In this document: one piece after another, positions 59,301-64,000 of the stretch | Layout: each line of letters begins with the position of its first letter | Position numbering within the stretch: the stretch's first letter is position 1 | NCBI GenBank assembly: GCA_963792585.1 | Contig: CAWBWI010000003.1 | Location: 96,001-160,000 of the forward strand | Origin: Candidatus Eiseniibacteriota bacterium | GTDB lineage: Bacteria; Eisenbacteria; RBG-16-71-46; CAIMUX01; VGJL01 | Direction: 5' to 3' | Length of the DNA stretch: 64,000 bases | Made by a program: the position numbers and the translations under genes | The notes under the pieces: generated by a model | Database searches by the model: none | What the model was told of the DNA's origin: nothing | What the model saw: the letters and a program-made list of their open reading frames with translations, nothing else

Positions 59301-59768
59301 GTGCAGACCGAATCGCTCGCCGCCCTCTATGGGCTCGACCACCAGGTTTTGAAGCTCAACCTCGACGGCATCACGCACGCGGACAGCCTCGTGCAACCCA
59401 AGCCGTTCGGCAATTGTATCAACTGGATCATGGGTCACCTGGTTGTCCAGAGGAGCACGATTCTCACGATGGTGGGAGAGAAGCCGATCTGGGGCGATGC
59501 GGAGATCTCATTGTACAAACGGGGCGCGCCGCCGATCATCGATGGCGCCAAGGCGCTGCCCTTCGATCGGATCATGGCCGATCTCGATCGATCTCAAGAG
59601 ATCTTGATCCCCGCGCTGGCCAGAATGACGCCCGAACAACTCGCGCAGGGCGACGCCAACGGAACGCTCGGTGACAAGCTGGGCTTTCTGCAATTCCACG
59701 AGGCCTACCACGCGGGGCAGATCGGCCTTCTGAGGCGGCTCGTCGGGAAGGAAGGGAGAATTCAGTAA
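59301..59768 (+). CDS. DinB/YfiT family protein
   Basis: NCINWIMGHL and FHEAYHAGQI; AGGAGG RBS before GTG. Confidence 0.85.
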   Translation: MQTESLAALYGLDHQVLKLNLDGITHADSLVQPKPFGNCINWIMGHLVVQRSTILTMVGEKPIWGDAEISLYKRGAPPIIDGAKALPFDRIMADLDRSQEILIPALARMTPEQLAQGDANGTLGDKLGFLQFHEAYHAGQIGLLRRLVGKEGRIQ

Positions 59769-59870
59769 GGGCAGGGTCGATTCGGTAGAGGAACACAGGA
59801 TCCGCTACCGGAGCGGAACCGCGGAAGCGGAGCCGTGTCCCCGACGGGGCGCGACGATCCCGCCGATACG

Positions 59871-61013
59871 CTACGACCCCGCGGGCGGCCGGGCGAGAAC
59901 CGCCCGCCACGAGTCGAGGGCCGGTCTCGCAACGCCGTCTCCATCATAGAGCCCGGTGTCGCGCCAGAGTCTCAGCAGCGGCGCATCGGGCGCGAATTGC
60001 ATGTCGCTCTGCCAGAATGAGTCGTAGTCCCTCGTGAAGAACCAGCAGACGAACCGGGCATCCAGGGCCTCGCATTCGGCTAGAAGCCGCTCGACATAGA
60101 GCCGCTGCATCGCCGGGCTGGCTGGGATCGTGAGCGGGTAGGGCGCGTCCACCGTCTCTGCGGGCCACGCGGTCTCGGCCACGGCGAACGGCTTCCCGGG
60201 TGCGATTGCGGCCATCCCGCTGAAGTAGTCCTCCCGCAAGAGGAGCGGATCGGGTCCCAGCCATGAGTAGGGATAACCGCTCATGGCAACATAGTCCGTA
60301 TAGGGCAGGATCTCCGCGAGGGCCGCCTGGTAATGACCGGGATGGTCGAGGTAGGCATCGGCCTGCAACGTCAGCAAGACCGGCAAGTCGGGATGGTCCT
60401 CCTTGATCGACGCGTAGACGGCGGCGGCGAGATCGACGAAGCCGCCCCATCTGCCGGGCGCGTTCAAGTAGAGCAGGTTCGCCTCGATCGCATAGGCGAA
60501 GTAGTCCGGCTGGAACATCGCCACCATCGTCGAGCAGTGGGCGGCGAAGGCCGCAATCACCCGCGGAGAGCCGAAGGAGAGTGTGTCCCAGGGCGCGGTC
60601 AACGGCTCGCTTCCCTGGTCGCCCCGATGGGGAGCGAGGCGATCGCGCTCAAACGCGATGGGCGTGACGGCAAGGTAGAGCCGGTGGTTCGGCGGCGTCT
60701 GGTCGGCTTTGAAACGAAGGGCGTCCCGGAACCCTTGGGGGTAGAGCGCGCCGTCGAACGCCTCCTGCCACGGCACGCCGTCATCGAAGTGGAGGACGAC
60801 CAGGTCCGCATCGCGACGGATGACGCTCCAGGTTTCCAGGACGGCCGTGAGGTTGTTGCCGCTCGGAAAGTCGGTGAAGCCCATCGCGAACGCTCGCCCA
60901 TCGCCGTCTCCGGGGCCGGTCGATCCGCCGCCCCCGCACGAGACCAGGCAGAGGATCGCGAGCGCCGGGGCGAGAAGCGCCCGGACGCCCGCACACCCCG
61001 CGCGGCCGCTTAT
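59871..61013 (-). CDS. Putative lipoprotein with glycoside-hydrolase-like TIM barrel
   Basis: LAILCLVSC lipobox; AIEAN, MSGYPY, KPFAVAETAW and WRDTGL. Start is uncertain; only ATA/ATT are in frame near the upstream stop. Confidence 0.65.
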   Translation of the reverse strand: MSGRAGCAGVRALLAPALAILCLVSCGGGGSTGPGDGDGRAFAMGFTDFPSGNNLTAVLETWSVIRRDADLVVLHFDDGVPWQEAFDGALYPQGFRDALRFKADQTPPNHRLYLAVTPIAFERDRLAPHRGDQGSEPLTAPWDTLSFGSPRVIAAFAAHCSTMVAMFQPDYFAYAIEANLLYLNAPGRWGGFVDLAAAVYASIKEDHPDLPVLLTLQADAYLDHPGHYQAALAEILPYTDYVAMSGYPYSWLGPDPLLLREDYFSGMAAIAPGKPFAVAETAWPAETVDAPYPLTIPASPAMQRLYVERLLAECEALDARFVCWFFTRDYDSFWQSDMQFAPDAPLLRLWRDTGLYDGDGVARPALDSWRAVLARPPAGS

Positions 61014-61549
61014 TTCAATACCCAGATCTCGACCTTCCGCTCGAGACCCATCTTGATCTTCTCGAAGTCCTTCGCGCTCGAATAGCGCGAACCGAAGCTC
61101 GCGACCTGCACGCGATCCGCCTGGATCCCGAGGCTCGCCAGCAAGTTGCGCGCAGCTTCCGCCCTCTGCGTACCGAGTTTCTCGGCGTTCGCGTTCTCCT
61201 TGATGCCATCCGCGAATCCGACTGCGAGCAGTCGCGCCTCCGGCTTGTCGGCAAGTTGCTTCACCGCCTCGCGGCATGCCCCGACAGCTTCGGGCTTCAT
61301 GTCGGTCCCCTCCTCGGAAAACCCGAAGGAGGTCAGGCGGTAGTCCGGATTCCCCTCGAAGGCGGGCGTCGGCGCGGCGTCGTAGTCCCACGGGCCTACC
61401 GCGCTGCCCGCCATTTCCTGCACCACCTCGCTCGAGGCGGACGTGACCTCCGAGGTGCCGCCCGTGGTTGTCTTCTTCGATCCACACCCGTAAATGACCA
61501 AGCAGCCTGTCAGCAGGATTCCGACGATACCCAAAGCACTGCGATTCAT
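61010..61549 (-). CDS. OmpA/Pal-like lipoprotein
   Basis: VIYGC lipobox; VGFAD, LGTQRAEA, SFGSR and RKVEI. Start re-called at ATG 61549. Confidence 0.75.
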   Translation of the reverse strand: MNRSALGIVGILLTGCLVIYGCGSKKTTTGGTSEVTSASSEVVQEMAGSAVGPWDYDAAPTPAFEGNPDYRLTSFGFSEEGTDMKPEAVGACREAVKQLADKPEARLLAVGFADGIKENANAEKLGTQRAEAARNLLASLGIQADRVQVASFGSRYSSAKDFEKIKMGLERKVEIWVLK

Positions 61550-61581
61550 GAACGTATCCCCCTCTTTGTTCGCACCCATCG

Positions 61582-61980
61582 TCACGGCCGCCGCGCCACG
61601 TCCAACAGCTCGATCTCATCGGCCTTCAGGATCAATTCGATGCGCGACATCCCCGAGATGCGGATACGACTGCCGATCTCGAGTTCGGCCGGCCTCAACT
61701 CCGACCGATCGGGCCCGAAGATCCGCACATCCTCGGCGTAGGAGACCATCCACGTCGCGTGCTCTCGCACATCCTTCACGGTCAGCGCGCGTGCCTCGGG
61801 CCGGGCGTCCACGATGATCGCCTCGATCATCGTCGGGACGGGCGCCATGTCCATCATCCCGCCCGAACCCGGAGCCGTTCGGGGGGTCGTGGCCGCACAC
61901 CCGCATACGAGAAGGATCGCGAGCCCCATCGCCAAGGCCGCTCTCCGGGATGTCCGTATCGTCGCCATCGGGACGATCAT
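61582..61980 (-). CDS. Small putative lipoprotein
   Basis: LAILLVCGC lipobox followed by a small beta (OB-like) domain. Start 61980 or 61968. Confidence 0.55.
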   Translation of the reverse strand: MIVPMATIRTSRRAALAMGLAILLVCGCAATTPRTAPGSGGMMDMAPVPTMIEAIIVDARPEARALTVKDVREHATWMVSYAEDVRIFGPDRSELRPAELEIGSRIRISGMSRIELILKADEIELLDVARRP

Positions 61981-62178
61981 AGACCCGCCGCGGCCGGCCG
62001 TGCGAGACCTCACCCGCCTCGCCGGGCCTCTCGCCTCCCGAGACCGCTCCCGCGGCCCGGCGGTCCACGGCCCCCGCAGGGTCCGCCACCCTCATGGGGC
62101 GCCCGCCGGCCTTGACCACGCCCGTCGGGGAACCGTAGCCTCAGGGCCTGCAACTCGGGTGGGGAAAGGAGGGAGCGG

Positions 62179-63868
62179 ATGGCGGCCTTGGTGGAGTGCG
62201 TCCCGAATTTTCAGTGAGGGAAGGGACCGGTCGGTCCTCGACGCGATCGCCCGCGAGATCGAGGGGGTCGACGGCGCGCGCTTGCTCGATGTCGATCCTG
62301 GCGCCGACACGAACAGGACCGTCGTCACCTTCGTCGGCACCCCCGACGCCGTGGCCGAGGCGGCATTCCGCGCGATCCGCTGCGCATCCGAACGGATCGA
62401 CATGGGAAAGCACAAGGGAGCCCATCCACGCATGGGCGCGACCGACGTCTGCCCCTTCATCCCCATCAGCGGTATCACGATGGAGGAGTGCGCCGAAATC
62501 GCGCGGCGCGTGGGCGAGCGGGTCGGACGCGAGTTATCGATCCCCGTCTACCTTTACGAGCACGCGGCCTCCCGTCCGGAATGGCAGAGCCTCGCGAACA
62601 TCCGCGTGGGCGAGTACGAGGGCCTGGAGGCGAAGCTCGAAGATCCCGCCTGGAAGCCCGACTTCGGTCCTGCGAAGTTCAACGCCCGAGCCGGTGCCAC
62701 CGTGATCGGGGCCCGGGAGTTCCTGATCGCGTACAACGTGAACCTGAACACACGCGACAAGAAGCTCGCGAGCGAGATCGCCTTGAACATTCGCGAGACC
62801 GGAAGGCTCGCCAAGCATGCCGACGGTCAGCCGGTCCTCGACACCGCCGGGAACCCGGTGCGCAAGGCGGGGCTGTTGAAGGCGATTCGCGCGGTCGGCT
62901 GGACAATCGAGGAGTACGGCTGCGCCCAGGTTTCGATCAACCTCCTCAACTATGGCGTGACGCCCGTCCATGCGGCATTCGAGGCGTGCGTCGAGGAGGG
63001 GGCCAAGCTCGGCCTCCGCGTCACCGGTAGCGAGTTGGTCGGTTTGATCCCGCTCGAGGCGGTCTTGATGTCGGGTCGCTACTACCTCTCCCGTCAGGGC
63101 AAGTCGACCGGAGTACCGGAGTCGGAGCTGGTCCACGTCGCCGTGCAGTCGCTCGGGCTCTCGAGCATCACCCCATTCGATCCCGCGAAGAAGATCATCG
63201 AGTATCGGGTTCGCGAGGGGCGTGCGCTCCTCGTCGACCGCACCATCCGCGGTTTTGTCGATGAGCTGTCGACCGACTCCCCCGCGCCCGGCGGCGGAAG
63301 CGTCGCCGCGCTGTGCGGCTCCCTCGGGGCCGCGCTCGGCGCGATGGTCGCGAACCTCACGATCGGCAAGAAGGGATTCGAGCCGGCGCGCGTGGAGATG
63401 CTCAAGATCGCCGAGAAGGGGCAGACGTTAAAGGATGCCTTCCTCGACGATATCGATCGCGATACCGACGCCTTCAACGCCGTGCTCGCTGCGCGGCGCA
63501 TGCCGAAGAAGAGCCCCGAGGAGATCGCCGCGCGCGATGCGGCCATCGAGACGACGCAAAAGGGTGCGGTTCTCGTCCCGATGGGCGTCCTCGAGCGAAC
63601 CGGCGCCGTTCTCGACCTCGCCGAGGCTGTCGCCGCCCGGGGCAATCCAAACTCCGCGAGCGACGCAGCCGTCGCCGCCCTTGCTGCCGGCGCATGCGCC
63701 GAGGGGGCCTACGACAACGTCATGATCAATCTTCCCGGCATCGCGAATCACGACTGGGCCGCCCAGACCGCCGACAAGGCGAAGCTCGCGCTCACCTGGT
63801 GCCGCGAGCGGAGCATGAAGATCGCGGGCGAAGTCCGGGCACGACTGGAGGCTCAAGCGGGGATCTGA
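62179..63868 (+). CDS. ftcD: Glutamate formimidoyltransferase / formiminotetrahydrofolate cyclodeaminase, one frameshift near 62210
   Basis: ATG 62179 after AAGGAGG gives MAALVECVPNF; one extra T then separates it from SEGRD...NRTVVT...HPRMGATDVCPF and the cyclodeaminase motif SPAPGGGS. Confidence 0.92.
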
Positions 63869-64000
63869 CCATCGGTGGCCGGCAATCCTGAGTCCCCCCC
63901 TGCCCGAAACCCTCTAATTATGCTATACTTGCAACGTTTCGGACGACCCGGCCGGAATTCCGGCACCAACATGCCTGGAGGGCGGACATGCGTCGCAACT

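Noticed and set aside
61814..62178. N-terminal extension of the 684-aa ftcD ORF in the track
   Set aside because: Artefact of the frameshift at about 62210; the real start is ATG 62179 with a strong RBS.
63910..64000. AT-rich promoter-like patch (TGCTATACT) and a GGAGG-ATG at 63988
   Set aside because: Probably the start of the next gene, but only four codons are inside the window, so no product can be supported.

Overview
High-GC bacterial DNA. Several secreted proteins end in FlgD-Ig/T9SS-like C-terminal domains, which suggests an FCB-superphylum lineage such as Eisenbacteria (inference only). Housekeeping-type flanks are, on the left, a PMM/PGM, an M48-TerB peptidase, DUF488 and a four-gene DUF6754 membrane operon, and on the right a DUF5686-like pair, mfd, a thioredoxin-like protein, a methyltransferase, DinB, lipoproteins and ftcD. 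Between them lies a ~42 kb accessory region (~6.6-48.4 kb) framed by a class I DISARM anti-phage system in canonical gene order on the minus strand: drmD, drmMI, drmA, drmB, drmC. The system has two unusual features: a Ser/Thr kinase gene sits between drmD and drmMI, and ~26 kb of cargo separates drmMI from drmABC, bounded by an exact 13-bp direct repeat that contains the drmA ribosome-binding site. The cargo includes a GAF histidine kinase/receiver operon, a divergent SecY paralogue fused to a DUF2007-like domain that has lost the basic ribosome/SecA-docking loops, a double-DUF222 HNH gene with two LexA-box-like sites, and a locus encoding a TPR-CHAT (caspase-like) protease, DUF928-like, CHASE2, OmpA, YidD and TPR proteins. 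Single-base frameshifts occur in drmD (about 10), drmMI, the CHAT gene and ftcD, and most look like consensus errors. No rRNA, tRNA, CRISPR array, integrase or transposase was recognised. All family assignments come from motif recognition by eye, not from database searches.
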